This document shows positions 36,029 through 44,766 of a DNA stretch of 64,000 nt, one piece after another; the first letter of the stretch is position 1; every line of letters starts with the position of its first letter. Source of the stretch: Actinomycetota bacterium (GTDB taxonomy: Bacteria; Actinomycetota; Actinomycetes; S36-B12); contig JAFMFD010000009.1 in the NCBI GenBank assembly GCA_017856385.1, positions 10 to 64,009 of the forward strand. The letters are read 5' to 3'. Under the pieces are notes generated by a model, which was not told where the DNA came from, searched no databases, and worked only from the letters and a program-made list of their open reading frames with translations. Position numbers and translations under genes: made by a program.

Positions 36029-37579
36029 ATGGATGTCGGTCGCCTGGTCGCTCGCTCGATGTCCCGCTACCGGGACCGCATCGCGCTCATCGGGCCGGAG
36101 GGCGAGAGCACCTTTGGGCGCACGGGCGGGCGCGCCATGCAGCTCGCGCGCGCGCTGCGCAGTCTGGGCCTGGAGACGGGCGACCGCGTACTCGACCTTC
36201 AGTCGAACCAGAACACCTACATCGAGACCGACCTCGGCATCAGCACTGCAGGGCTGTGCCGCGTCGCACTCAACTACCGGCTCCATCCGAGCGACTGGGT
36301 GCGCATCGCCACCGACTGCTCGCCTCGCGCAATGATCCTCGACGCGAAGTTCTGGGATGACACCGCCGACGTGCGCGCGCTCGTCGACCACGTCATCGTC
36401 ATCAATGGCGAAGCGGACGCCATCCCGTACGAGCGTTTCCTCGGAGAGCAGAGCGCGGAGCCGCTGCTGCTGTCGGTGGATCCGGATGCCCTCGTCTCGC
36501 TCAACTACTCCAGTGGGACGACGGGCCGCCCGAAGGGTGCGATCCGCACCCACCGAAACCGCATGGCGAGCCTGCACAACATGATCACCGACTTCTTCGG
36601 CACGGTCCCCGACGATCGCACGACGTGGCTGCACGCCGGCCCGGTCACGCACACCAGCGGACTCTTCGTGCTCCCGTGCTTCACGTTCGGGGCGACCCAG
36701 ATCGTGCATCCATCCTTCGATGCCGAGGCCGTCGTCGATGCGTTCGAGAACCGCGGGGCCACCGGCACCGCGATGGTGCCGACCATGGTGGCGCGACTGC
36801 TCGCCCTGCCCGACATCTCCCGGGAGCGCATGGCGGGCCTGCAGATGCTGGGCTACGCCGGGGCGCCGATGCCGCCCGAGCAGATCCGCCAGTGCTTCGA
36901 CCGCATCACCCCCCACATGGCGCAGTACTACGGGCTGGTCGAGGCGATTCCTCCCGTCACCGTCCTCGGCCCGGACGACCACGCCCGGGGGATCGCTGGC
37001 GATGTCGAGGTCCTCACCAGCGCGGGCATCCCCTGCAACGGGGTCGAGGTCCGCATCGTGGACGAGGCAGGCGTGGATGTGCCGGTCGGCGAGATCGGCG
37101 AGGTCATCACACGCGGCGACCACGTCATGCGCGGCTACTACGGGCAGGCGGCGGAGGAGGCGACCGTGACCAAGACGGTGCGCGACGGCTGGCTCTACAC
37201 CGGAGATCTCGGGCGCGTAGATGCAGACGAGCGGCTGTACCTCGTCGACCGCAAGGGCGACATGATCATCTCCGGCGGCTACAACATCTATCCGCGCGAG
37301 ATCGAGGACGTCATCGCCTCCGTGCCGGGCGTGCATGAGGTTGCCGTCGTGGGCGTGGAGGACGTGGAGTGGGGCCAGCACGTGACCGCGCTGTTCACCG
37401 TCTTGCCCGGCGCCACGGTCACCACGGAGCAGGTGCTCGACCACTGCCGCACGACCATGGCGTCGTACAAGAAGCCCAAGGACATCCGCATCGTGGACGA
37501 GTTCCCGCTGAACTCCACGGGCAAAATCGCCAAGAAGGTGCTGCGCGAGCAACTCAACAAGGAGGCGCGTGGTGAGTGA
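36029..37579 (+). CDS. AMP-forming acyl-CoA ligase (class I adenylate-forming enzyme)
   Basis: A3 motif YSSGTTGRPKG, YGLVE, A8-like GWLYTGDLGRVD...LYLVDRKGDMIISGGYNIYPREIE, C-terminal GKIAKK. Confidence 0.85.
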   Translation: MDVGRLVARSMSRYRDRIALIGPEGESTFGRTGGRAMQLARALRSLGLETGDRVLDLQSNQNTYIETDLGISTAGLCRVALNYRLHPSDWVRIATDCSPRAMILDAKFWDDTADVRALVDHVIVINGEADAIPYERFLGEQSAEPLLLSVDPDALVSLNYSSGTTGRPKGAIRTHRNRMASLHNMITDFFGTVPDDRTTWLHAGPVTHTSGLFVLPCFTFGATQIVHPSFDAEAVVDAFENRGATGTAMVPTMVARLLALPDISRERMAGLQMLGYAGAPMPPEQIRQCFDRITPHMAQYYGLVEAIPPVTVLGPDDHARGIAGDVEVLTSAGIPCNGVEVRIVDEAGVDVPVGEIGEVITRGDHVMRGYYGQAAEEATVTKTVRDGWLYTGDLGRVDADERLYLVDRKGDMIISGGYNIYPREIEDVIASVPGVHEVAVVGVEDVEWGQHVTALFTVLPGATVTTEQVLDHCRTTMASYKKPKDIRIVDEFPLNSTGKIAKKVLREQLNKEARGE

Positions 37580-39062
37580 GGAGCCGGGCCGGTACCCGTA
37601 CACGCGCGGAATCTCCGCCGATCCCGGGGTGTGGACGATGGGCCAGTACGCCGGCTTCGGCACGGCGGCTGAGACCAACGAGCGGTTCAAGTCCCTCCTG
37701 GCGCAGGGCCTCACCGGCTTCAGCGTGGCCCTCGACCTGCCGACACAGATCGGGCTGGACTCCGACAACGCGCTCTCCCGCGGGGAGGTCGGCAAGGTCG
37801 GCGTGGCCATCGACAGCCTCGCCGACATCGAGGTGCTCATGGATGGCATTGAGTTGGAGCGCATCAGCCAGGTGCGCACGACCGCCAACTCCATCGGCTA
37901 CGTGTGGGCCGCCATGTTCGAGGCGCTCGCGGAGAAGCGCGACGTCGATCCCAACGCGTTCGGCATGTTCATCCAGAACGACGTCCTCAAGGAGTACTTC
38001 GCCCGGGGGACGCAGATCTTCCCGGCGGCCGCCGGCCTGAAGCTCTCGGTGGACGTGATCGAGCACGTCGCGCGCCGGATCCCGCGTTGGGTCCCCCTCG
38101 CGATGAGCGGGTACCACATCCGCGAGGCGGGTTCGAGTGCTGTTCAGGAGATCGCGTTCACCTTCGCCAATGCCCGCGCCTACCTCGATGCGGCCACGGC
38201 TCGGGGGCTGTCGGTCGACGACGTCGCGCCGACCCTGTTCACCTTCCTGTCGAGCAACATGGACTTCATGCCGGAGATCGCCAAGTTCCGAGCGGCGCGC
38301 CGGGTGTGGGCCCGCCTGATGCGGGAGACCTACTCGGCTGCGGACCCGCGGTCGGAGCAGTTGCGCATCTTCGTCTTCACCGCCGGCTCGTCGCTGACGG
38401 CCCAGCAGCCGCTCAACAACGTGGTCCGCACGTCCATCGAGGCCCTGGCGGCCGCGCTCGGAGGAGTGCAGACGATGCACGTGTGCGCCTTCGACGAGGC
38501 GCTCGGCGTGCCTACGGAGGCGGCGGCGACCCTGGCCCTTCGCACCCAGCAGATCGTGGCCTTCGAGACCGGCGTCACCGGCCTGGTGGATCCTCTCGGC
38601 GGCAGCTACCTGCTCGAGGCGCTGACCGATCAGCTTGAGCGCGACATCATGGACGAGATGCACCGGATCGAGCAGCGGGGCGGAGCCCTGAACTGCATCG
38701 AGTCGGGCTACTTCGCCAACGCCCTCTCCGACAGCGCATACGAGCAGGCTCTGGCCGTCGACTCCGGCGAGAAGCCGTTGATCGGCGTCAACCGCTTCGT
38801 GTCCGACCCGGTCTCGTTCGAGGTCTTCGGCATCGATCCGGCGAGCGAGCTCGCCCAGGTGGAGTCACTGGCGCGGATCCGAGCCCAGCGCGACGCCGCG
38901 GCGGTCACAGCAGCCCTCGAGGCCCTGCGTGAGGCAGCGGCGGGCGGCGACAACGTGGTGCCCGCGTGCGTGACGGCGGTGCGCAGCTACGCGACGGTGG
39001 AGGAGATCGCTGACGTGCTGCGTTCGGTGTACGGCACGTGGCAGCCGACCAGCGTGTTCTGA
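37569..39062 (+). CDS. coenzyme-B12-dependent acyl-CoA mutase, large (substrate-binding TIM-barrel) subunit, no B12 domain
   Basis: YPYTRGI...WTMGQYAGFGTAAETNERFK...GFSVALDLPTQIGLDSD...GVAIDSLADIE...IQNDVLKEYFARGTQIFP...MSGYHIREAG...SSLTAQQPLNNVVRT is collinear with methylmalonyl/isobutyryl-CoA mutase catalytic domains. GTG start overlaps the ligase stop. Confidence 0.85.
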   Translation: MVSEEPGRYPYTRGISADPGVWTMGQYAGFGTAAETNERFKSLLAQGLTGFSVALDLPTQIGLDSDNALSRGEVGKVGVAIDSLADIEVLMDGIELERISQVRTTANSIGYVWAAMFEALAEKRDVDPNAFGMFIQNDVLKEYFARGTQIFPAAAGLKLSVDVIEHVARRIPRWVPLAMSGYHIREAGSSAVQEIAFTFANARAYLDAATARGLSVDDVAPTLFTFLSSNMDFMPEIAKFRAARRVWARLMRETYSAADPRSEQLRIFVFTAGSSLTAQQPLNNVVRTSIEALAAALGGVQTMHVCAFDEALGVPTEAAATLALRTQQIVAFETGVTGLVDPLGGSYLLEALTDQLERDIMDEMHRIEQRGGALNCIESGYFANALSDSAYEQALAVDSGEKPLIGVNRFVSDPVSFEVFGIDPASELAQVESLARIRAQRDAAAVTAALEALREAAAGGDNVVPACVTAVRSYATVEEIADVLRSVYGTWQPTSVF

Positions 39063-39063
39063 G

Positions 39064-39945
39064 CTAGTCGCGCCGTGCCTCGCACAGCTCGACCACATGC
39101 TTCTGCGCTGCCTGCGCGAGGTGGTCGTGGAACCAGAAGAACAGCTCGGTCGCCGGTCGGCCGGCCCAGTCGCGAGGCAGGTAGGACATCGGCAGCCCGG
39201 GGTCGATGTAGGGCAGCATCCGCCACGACGTGAGCACGCGGGTGTAGTCGACGAAGGCCCGGGTGCCGTCGACCGTGCCCTGGACGCCGGAGTAGGCGGA
39301 GCGCAGCGGCGAGTACGCCCGCACGAAGTCGGTGTAGTGCGCGGAGATCGCATCGAGGTCCCACCAGGCCCGGATCGCCTCCGGTGTCGGACGGAAGGCG
39401 ATGTGCTCGGCTCGGAAGACGTCGACGTAGTCGGTCACGTTGAGGGCCTCGGCCACGTTGCGTACGTCAGCCTCGAGGGCGCGGGGCGCGATCCACAGGC
39501 CGCCGGTGACCTGGGCGAAGCCCACCTTGGCCAGACGTGAGCGGAGCCGATACCGCACGTCGCGGGCGCTTTCGGGGATCGAGAAGGCCGCGAGGACCCA
39601 CCCCTCTTCGCGGGGCAGCTCGCGACGCTCGAGGACGCGGGCGTCGCCGACGTCGAAGGTGCGTCGCGACGCGCTGCTCAGCGCGTAGCCGGCGGTCCGA
39701 TCGCGCTTGTCGGCCACGAGGATCCCGCGCCTCTTGAACCGCGAGAGCGCGCTGCGGACGGCAGGGTCCTCGATGCCCATCTCGCCGAGCAGGCGCAGGA
39801 TCGTGCTGACCGCCAGCCAGCCGCCGAGGGATCGGCTGTAGGCGCCGTAGACGGTGATGAGGAGGGACTGCGGCCTGCTGGCCCGCACGCTGATGTCGCT
39901 GGGCTCGCCGTCGAAGGCGCTGATCTCGAGATCGTCCACGGCCAT
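39064..39945 (-). CDS. paaX: PaaX family transcriptional regulator
   Basis: LLITVYGAYSRSLGGWLAVSTILRLLGEMGIEDPAVRSALSRFKRRGIL (wHTH) ...GGLWIAPR... C-terminal PaaX_C-like WRMLPYIDPGLP. ATG 39945 after GGGGAGA. Confidence 0.75.
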   Translation of the reverse strand: MAVDDLEISAFDGEPSDISVRASRPQSLLITVYGAYSRSLGGWLAVSTILRLLGEMGIEDPAVRSALSRFKRRGILVADKRDRTAGYALSSASRRTFDVGDARVLERRELPREEGWVLAAFSIPESARDVRYRLRSRLAKVGFAQVTGGLWIAPRALEADVRNVAEALNVTDYVDVFRAEHIAFRPTPEAIRAWWDLDAISAHYTDFVRAYSPLRSAYSGVQGTVDGTRAFVDYTRVLTSWRMLPYIDPGLPMSYLPRDWAGRPATELFFWFHDHLAQAAQKHVVELCEARRD

Positions 39946-39958
39946 GCCGATCTCCCCG

Positions 39959-40537
39959 TCAGGCCGGGTCCACGTGGGCGGCACGCATGCGCGCGAACTC
40001 CACGACCTGCTGGCCGACGGTCCGCAACTGCTCGTGCACGGAGGCGTCGGAGACCGCGCCGTCGGCGTCGAAGGACGTGACGGAGGTGTTCACCGCCCCA
40101 CCGAGGGGCGTGGGCCACCCGCGCAGGGCGTGCACGACCTGCCGCAGTTGGTGCAGCGTGGTGACGCATGCCTGCCAGCCGTAGGCGACCGAGATGCACC
40201 CCACCGCCCGGCCGTGCAGGTAGGGCGCCTCGTCCGCGCGGAGGTCCTCGAGGTAGTCGAGCGCGTTCTTCATCATGCCGCTGATGCCGCCGTGGTAGCC
40301 GGGACTGGCGATGAGGAGTCCGTGCGCGGATCGCACCGCCTCGACGAGCTCTGCGGCCTTGGGTGACCGCTCGTCCGTCTCTGTGTCGTAGATCGGCAGG
40401 ATCAGGTCGGTGCTCGTGAACCACGTGATCTCGGCGCCGGCCTCCTCTGCCGCAGCGGCAGCCAGGCGCAGGGCCTTCTCGCTCGATGAGTTCGGCCGGG
40501 TGCTGCCGCCCATGGCGACGATGCGGATCGGGGCCAT
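39959..40537 (-). CDS. NAD(P)H-dependent FMN reductase family protein
   Basis: IRIVAMGGSTRPNSSSEKAL...LLIASPGYHGGISGMMKNALDYL is typical of FMN_red. Confidence 0.8.
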   Translation of the reverse strand: MAPIRIVAMGGSTRPNSSSEKALRLAAAAAEEAGAEITWFTSTDLILPIYDTETDERSPKAAELVEAVRSAHGLLIASPGYHGGISGMMKNALDYLEDLRADEAPYLHGRAVGCISVAYGWQACVTTLHQLRQVVHALRGWPTPLGGAVNTSVTSFDADGAVSDASVHEQLRTVGQQVVEFARMRAAHVDPA

Positions 40538-41151
40538 CAGGTCTGCCCTTCCTGTCGTCCGCGGCGGAGGTCGGAGGTGACCGCGGCAAGCTGGCGGCCC
40601 TGTGCTCGCGCGGCGAGCAGGGCGTCGTCATCGGGAGCCGCACCCTGGCGCGAGACGAAGGACGCTCCGTAGGGATTGCCGGTGACCTTGCGCACGTGGG
40701 TGTCGCGGTATCCGAGCGGCATGATGAGCGAGCCCCAGTGGTAGCAGTGGTTGTTGATGGCCAGAATGGTGGACTCCAGGCCGCCGTGACCGGTCGATGC
40801 GCTCGTGAATGCGGTGCACACCTTGTCGGCGAGAAGACCCTGCGCCCAGAGCCCGCCCGTCGTGTCAAGGAAGGACTTCAGCTGCGCGGCCGGTCCCCCG
40901 AAGCGAGTCGGCGATCCGAGGGCGATGGCGTCGGCCCACGTGAGGTCCTCGAGCGTCGCAGGGTCGTCGGTGTTCGTGTCGACGAACCCACGCCATCGGG
41001 GATTGGCGTCGATGGCAGCCGCCGGCGCGGTCTCGGCAACTGAGTGGACACGGGTCGTCGCTCCTGCCTCGTGTGCACCCTCCGCGATCGCATGAGCGAG
41101 CTTCGCGATGTTGCCCGTCGACGAGTAGTAGATCACGGCGATGTTCGTCAC
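40537..41151 (-). CDS. wrbA: NAD(P)H:quinone oxidoreductase, WrbA-type flavodoxin-like protein
   Basis: IAVIYYSSTGNIAKLAHAIAEGA...DAIALGSPTRFGGPAAQLKSFLD...STGHGGLESTIL. GTGA overlap with the AraC-family gene and a 1-nt TGATG junction with the FMN reductase gene. Confidence 0.8.
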   Translation of the reverse strand: MTNIAVIYYSSTGNIAKLAHAIAEGAHEAGATTRVHSVAETAPAAAIDANPRWRGFVDTNTDDPATLEDLTWADAIALGSPTRFGGPAAQLKSFLDTTGGLWAQGLLADKVCTAFTSASTGHGGLESTILAINNHCYHWGSLIMPLGYRDTHVRKVTGNPYGASFVSRQGAAPDDDALLAARAQGRQLAAVTSDLRRGRQEGQT

Positions 41152-42101
41152 CGGAACCGCTCTCGCAGCAGGGTGGTCGACGGCTTCTCGCCGAAGCGGG
41201 CGCGGTACTGCACGGAGAAGCGGCCAAGGTGCGTGAAGCCGCAGTCGTAGGCGACCGCTGCCACGGTGGTCGTGCGGGATTCGGCGGCGCGCAGGCGATG
41301 GTGGGCATCCATGAGCCGAACGTCGCGCAGCAGTTGCGAGGGGGTCATGCCGAGCTCGTCATGGACGATCTGCTGGAGCTGCCTCAGGCTCAGGCCGACA
41401 CCACGGGCGATGTCGGTGGTCGTCACGTCGAGACCGTGGTTGCAGCGCACCCAGTCGAGGATGTGCGCTGCCCGTCCGCGTGCGGTGGGCACGTTCCGCG
41501 TGGGCGACCAGGCCAGCACGAGCGCGCTCATGAGCATGTCGTCGAGGGCGTGCGCGAGCGAGGCGACGACGGCAGCGGGCGTCTCGGCTGGCAGCGTGGT
41601 GGTCACGGTCCAGATCTGCCGGCACGCGCGTTCGATCGCGCGGGGTGCGGCGAGTGCCTGTGGATCCGGGTCGATGACGTGCTCGGGACCGAGCACGTCA
41701 GTGGCATGCGCGGCGATGCGGATCGGGTCGCTCGAGACGACGAGCGCTCCTGCGAGCGGATCGGGGTCCATCAGCGTGCTGCACTCCTGGCCCAGGACGA
41801 CCGTCGCGGTGTCGCGCGAGCCGGGCCTGCGGTCGCCGTAGCGCACACCCATGGGGCCGAGCGGCACCGTCGCCACGATCCGGTCGCCGGTGGGCGGCGC
41901 CTCGACCTCCACCTGCCCGCCGTACTTCACGAACACCATGCGCGACTCGGGCAGGGCCAGCACCCCGACCGTCCCGTCGAGTCCGTCGGTGCGGGGTGTC
42001 ACCTCATGGGGTGTGGTGTAGGCAGCGACCTCGTCGCGCAGGGTGCCTCGCTGCCGGGTGTGCACCCAGGACCAGACGGGTGAGTCCACGCTGCCGCGCA
42101 T
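41148..42101 (-). CDS. AraC family transcriptional regulator
   Basis: C-terminal double HTH: [41 protein letters not shown]...[29 protein letters not shown]. Confidence 0.85.
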   Translation of the reverse strand: MRGSVDSPVWSWVHTRQRGTLRDEVAAYTTPHEVTPRTDGLDGTVGVLALPESRMVFVKYGGQVEVEAPPTGDRIVATVPLGPMGVRYGDRRPGSRDTATVVLGQECSTLMDPDPLAGALVVSSDPIRIAAHATDVLGPEHVIDPDPQALAAPRAIERACRQIWTVTTTLPAETPAAVVASLAHALDDMLMSALVLAWSPTRNVPTARGRAAHILDWVRCNHGLDVTTTDIARGVGLSLRQLQQIVHDELGMTPSQLLRDVRLMDAHHRLRAAESRTTTVAAVAYDCGFTHLGRFSVQYRARFGEKPSTTLLRERFR

Positions 42102-42191
42102 GCCCTCACTCTAGTGCAGTTTCGACGATCGCCACCAAGGTGTCAGACGTCGGTGGGTACGATCGAACAGTCCGATGTGAAGGGAGTCCTC

Positions 42192-42605
42192 GTGGAGTCA
42201 CGGGTCAGGATTGTGGTCGCCAAGCCGGGGCTCGACGGCCACGACCGGGGTGCCAAGGTCATCGCCCGGACGCTGCGTGACGCGGGCTTCGAGGTCGTCT
42301 ACACCGGCCTGCGGCAGACACCGGCCCAGATCGTCGAGGCAGCACTCCAGGAGGACGCCGACCTCATCGGACTGTCGATCCTCTCCGGCGCCCACATGAC
42401 CCTCTTCGCGGAGGTGCTCGACCTCCTGCGGGAGCGCGATGCGAGCGACATTGTGGTCTTCGGGGGAGGCATCATCCCCGACGACGACATCCCGCGGCTG
42501 CTCGACATGGGGGTCGCCGCGATCTTCACCCCCGGCACGCCCACGCAGGACGTGGTGGCGTGGGTGCAGGAGCAGGCCGCGGTGTCAGCCGCCCGGCGCA
42601 CGTAG
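42192..42605 (+). CDS. cobalamin-binding small subunit of acyl-CoA mutase (B12-binding domain protein)
   Basis: GTG 42192 after [37 protein letters not shown] (DxHxxG), GLSILSG (SxL), VVFGGGIIP (GG). Confidence 0.85.
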   Translation: MESRVRIVVAKPGLDGHDRGAKVIARTLRDAGFEVVYTGLRQTPAQIVEAALQEDADLIGLSILSGAHMTLFAEVLDLLRERDASDIVVFGGGIIPDDDIPRLLDMGVAAIFTPGTPTQDVVAWVQEQAAVSAARRT

Positions 42606-42624
42606 GTCCTGCCCGACGCCGGGA

Positions 42625-42660
42625 GCGGGAAGGCGGGGTGCTGGAACCCCACTTTCCCGC
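42625..42660 (+). terminator. GC-rich stem-loop 20 nt after the B12-subunit stop
   Basis: GCGGGAA-ggc-GGGGT-gctgga-ACCCC-act-TTCCCGC: outer 7-bp and inner 5-bp stems. No clear U-tract, which is common in actinobacteria. Confidence 0.45.
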
Positions 42661-42731
42661 CGTTCAGGGCACGGTGGCCCGAGCGCGCCTAGCGTCCGAA
42701 CTGCCCGTCCAGTCCGTCCAAGGAGCAGATC

Positions 42732-43652
42732 ATGCGCACAATCCCCAGCGTCCGCCAAGCCGCAGCTGTCGGCGCCGCCCTCGCCCTCGTCTCCGGGGTG
42801 AGTGCCACCGGCGCCCAGGCTGCCGAGCTCGTCAACATCCCGGCCATCTCCACGGCGTCCTGGCAGCAGACGGACAAGACGGGAGTTGCCGTCTACGAGT
42901 CGACCAGGCGCGACGTGTACGCACGGGGCTTCTCCACGTCCACCCCACCGACCTCGGTCGAGACCACGACGACGCGCCTGGTCTCGAGAGCCGGAGCCAC
43001 CTCGTTCAGCCGTGAGGTGCGTGACGGATCCTCCCTCGGGACCGGTCGTGACTTCGCATCGCTGCGCCTTGTCGAGGCGCAGGGCGTCAAGGCCGGCGCG
43101 GTCTCCCTCCGCAACCCGACACCGGGGCCATGGCTCACCGCCAACCTCGCCCGCGCTGCCGTGCGCGGCACGCTCCAGGCGTCCTCGATCCCCGCCAGCA
43201 TCCCGGCGACGACAGCCATCACCGGGGTCACCGCGGGCGCGCTGGTCTCGGCGGCCCGCACGTGGCGGGGAGTCCCCATGGTCGAGTTGGTGCGCAACAG
43301 CGTCAAGGTGCTGCCGGAACTCGAGCCGTCCGATGGCATGGTCACGGTGGGACCTGCCGGCTCCCCCTCGCCCGGTTACCTCGCCGGCACGACCCAGTAC
43401 TCATGGACCAAGGCGGCCATCACGCGGCTCAACGGTGACCAGTGCCGCAGCGGTGAGTTCTATCTGCAGGTGAACGACCAGGGCTTGGTGACGGCGTTCC
43501 TCGGCAAGATGACCTGCAAGGACAAGTCGAGCAAGTCCGGTGCCGAGTACCGATGGACGTACGAGCAGCGGGTCTCGTCCTACAACGTCAAGGATGCCGA
43601 CGTGCCCGGGCCCACGACTCCGTCGGTCGCTGCGTCGAGCCTGCGCAGGTAG
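42732..43652 (+). CDS. hypothetical secreted protein
   Basis: MRTIPSVRQAAAVGAALALVSGVSATGAQA signal peptide. AAGGAG SD. No recognisable catalytic motif. Confidence 0.65.
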   Translation: MRTIPSVRQAAAVGAALALVSGVSATGAQAAELVNIPAISTASWQQTDKTGVAVYESTRRDVYARGFSTSTPPTSVETTTTRLVSRAGATSFSREVRDGSSLGTGRDFASLRLVEAQGVKAGAVSLRNPTPGPWLTANLARAAVRGTLQASSIPASIPATTAITGVTAGALVSAARTWRGVPMVELVRNSVKVLPELEPSDGMVTVGPAGSPSPGYLAGTTQYSWTKAAITRLNGDQCRSGEFYLQVNDQGLVTAFLGKMTCKDKSSKSGAEYRWTYEQRVSSYNVKDADVPGPTTPSVAASSLRR

Positions 43653-43667
43653 TTCGGATCGGTCGCC

Positions 43668-44675
43668 TCAGTGCGACAGATCGTGCCGCTGCACCTTGCC
43701 GAGGATGAGCCCCTCGCGGAGCGCGTATGCCGCGGCAGCGGCTCGGTTGGGGGCTTGGATCTTGTCGAGGATGTGTTCGACATGGGTCGCCACGGTGCGA
43801 TGCGAGACCACGAGGGCCTCGCTGATCTCGTTGTTCGAAAGGCCCTCTGCGGCCAGCGTGAGCACCTCCAGCTCGCGGTGGGTCAGGGGGCCGAGGTCGA
43901 TCGAGTCCAGGCTCACCAGGGTGGTGACCGAGGCCTCGGCCGTGCACGGCAGCACCCGGACCCGGAAGAACTCGGTGTCGCCCGGCCACACGAAGGACGA
44001 CCAGGACTTCATCCGCGCGGACTTCCGGGCCACGTTCATCAGTTCTGCGTCCTCGTGGAGCAGGTCGTGCTTGGGCACCCCCGGCAGCGCGATGGCGCGG
44101 CCATGGGCGTCCAGGCCCACGGCCATCGCCGTGGACCCCAGGAGTGAGGTGACCCAGCCCCGTGAGCGCAGGGGGTCGGCCATATTGCCGAGCGCGGTGC
44201 AGAGCTGGGTCAGAACGTCCTTGGCAAGGTCGCTGGGGTGCTGCGGATCGGTCGTCGACAGGTTGATGACACCGACGAACCTGCCGTCGGACGTCCGAAG
44301 GCTCATGGTCAGGCCCTCGCGGTACCCGGCGGGCAGCAGCACGTCCGAGACGGCCCAGTTGTCGAGGGGGTCCCCAGGCAGGTCCTTCATCCGGGTGGCT
44401 CGCCCCGTCTCCGGCAGGTCGAGGAACTCCATGAGCTGGAAGAACTCCGCGCTGTGCAGGTCGTCCAGCACCTGGGGGGAATAGCCGTGCGTGGCCAGCA
44501 TCATGGGATCCCCGGTGAAGGGGTCCAGGGCGATGATCTCGGCCGCCTCGAGGGGGATGAGGGACTTGAGCTCCGCGAGGACGGCCGCGGCCCGGTCCTG
44601 GGGGGAGGCGTGGTCGGAGGCGATGGCCGCAAGTGAACCGGCTGCGCGCATGCCAACAGAGAGGTCGGTCGCCAC
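43668..44675 (-). CDS. LuxR-family transcriptional regulator with N-terminal GAF-like sensor domain
   Basis: C-terminal LTHRELEVLTLAAEGLSNNEISEALVVSHRTVATHVEHILDKIQAPNRAAAAAYA (GerE/LuxR HTH). The N-terminal ~250 aa have a GAF-like pattern. Start uncertain (GTG 44675 or ATG 44651); no obvious SD. Confidence 0.8.
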   Translation of the reverse strand: MATDLSVGMRAAGSLAAIASDHASPQDRAAAVLAELKSLIPLEAAEIIALDPFTGDPMMLATHGYSPQVLDDLHSAEFFQLMEFLDLPETGRATRMKDLPGDPLDNWAVSDVLLPAGYREGLTMSLRTSDGRFVGVINLSTTDPQHPSDLAKDVLTQLCTALGNMADPLRSRGWVTSLLGSTAMAVGLDAHGRAIALPGVPKHDLLHEDAELMNVARKSARMKSWSSFVWPGDTEFFRVRVLPCTAEASVTTLVSLDSIDLGPLTHRELEVLTLAAEGLSNNEISEALVVSHRTVATHVEHILDKIQAPNRAAAAAYALREGLILGKVQRHDLSH

Positions 44676-44735
44676 GGGGGAAGACTGTCAGCCGGGGCAG
44701 CCCTTCGGGCACGAATGACCCGTTCTTTATCAATC

Positions 44736-44766
44736 AGAGATCAAAGATCGGCAGATCGACCGATAG
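44736..44766. promoter_or_regulatory. three direct AGATC(R) repeats at 7-8 bp spacing in the AT-rich core of the LuxR/ABC divergent region
   Basis: agAGATCAaAGATCGgcAGATCGaccGATAgg read directly. GATC at 44739, 44746 and 44754. Locally the most AT-rich part of the 161-bp intergenic region. Confidence 0.4.

Noticed and set aside
42102-42191. Cobalamin riboswitch upstream of the B12-binding subunit (and upstream of 37569)
   Set aside because: The region is only ~90 nt, with no recognisable B12-box-like element. The large subunit has no 5' leader at all, since its start overlaps the ligase stop.
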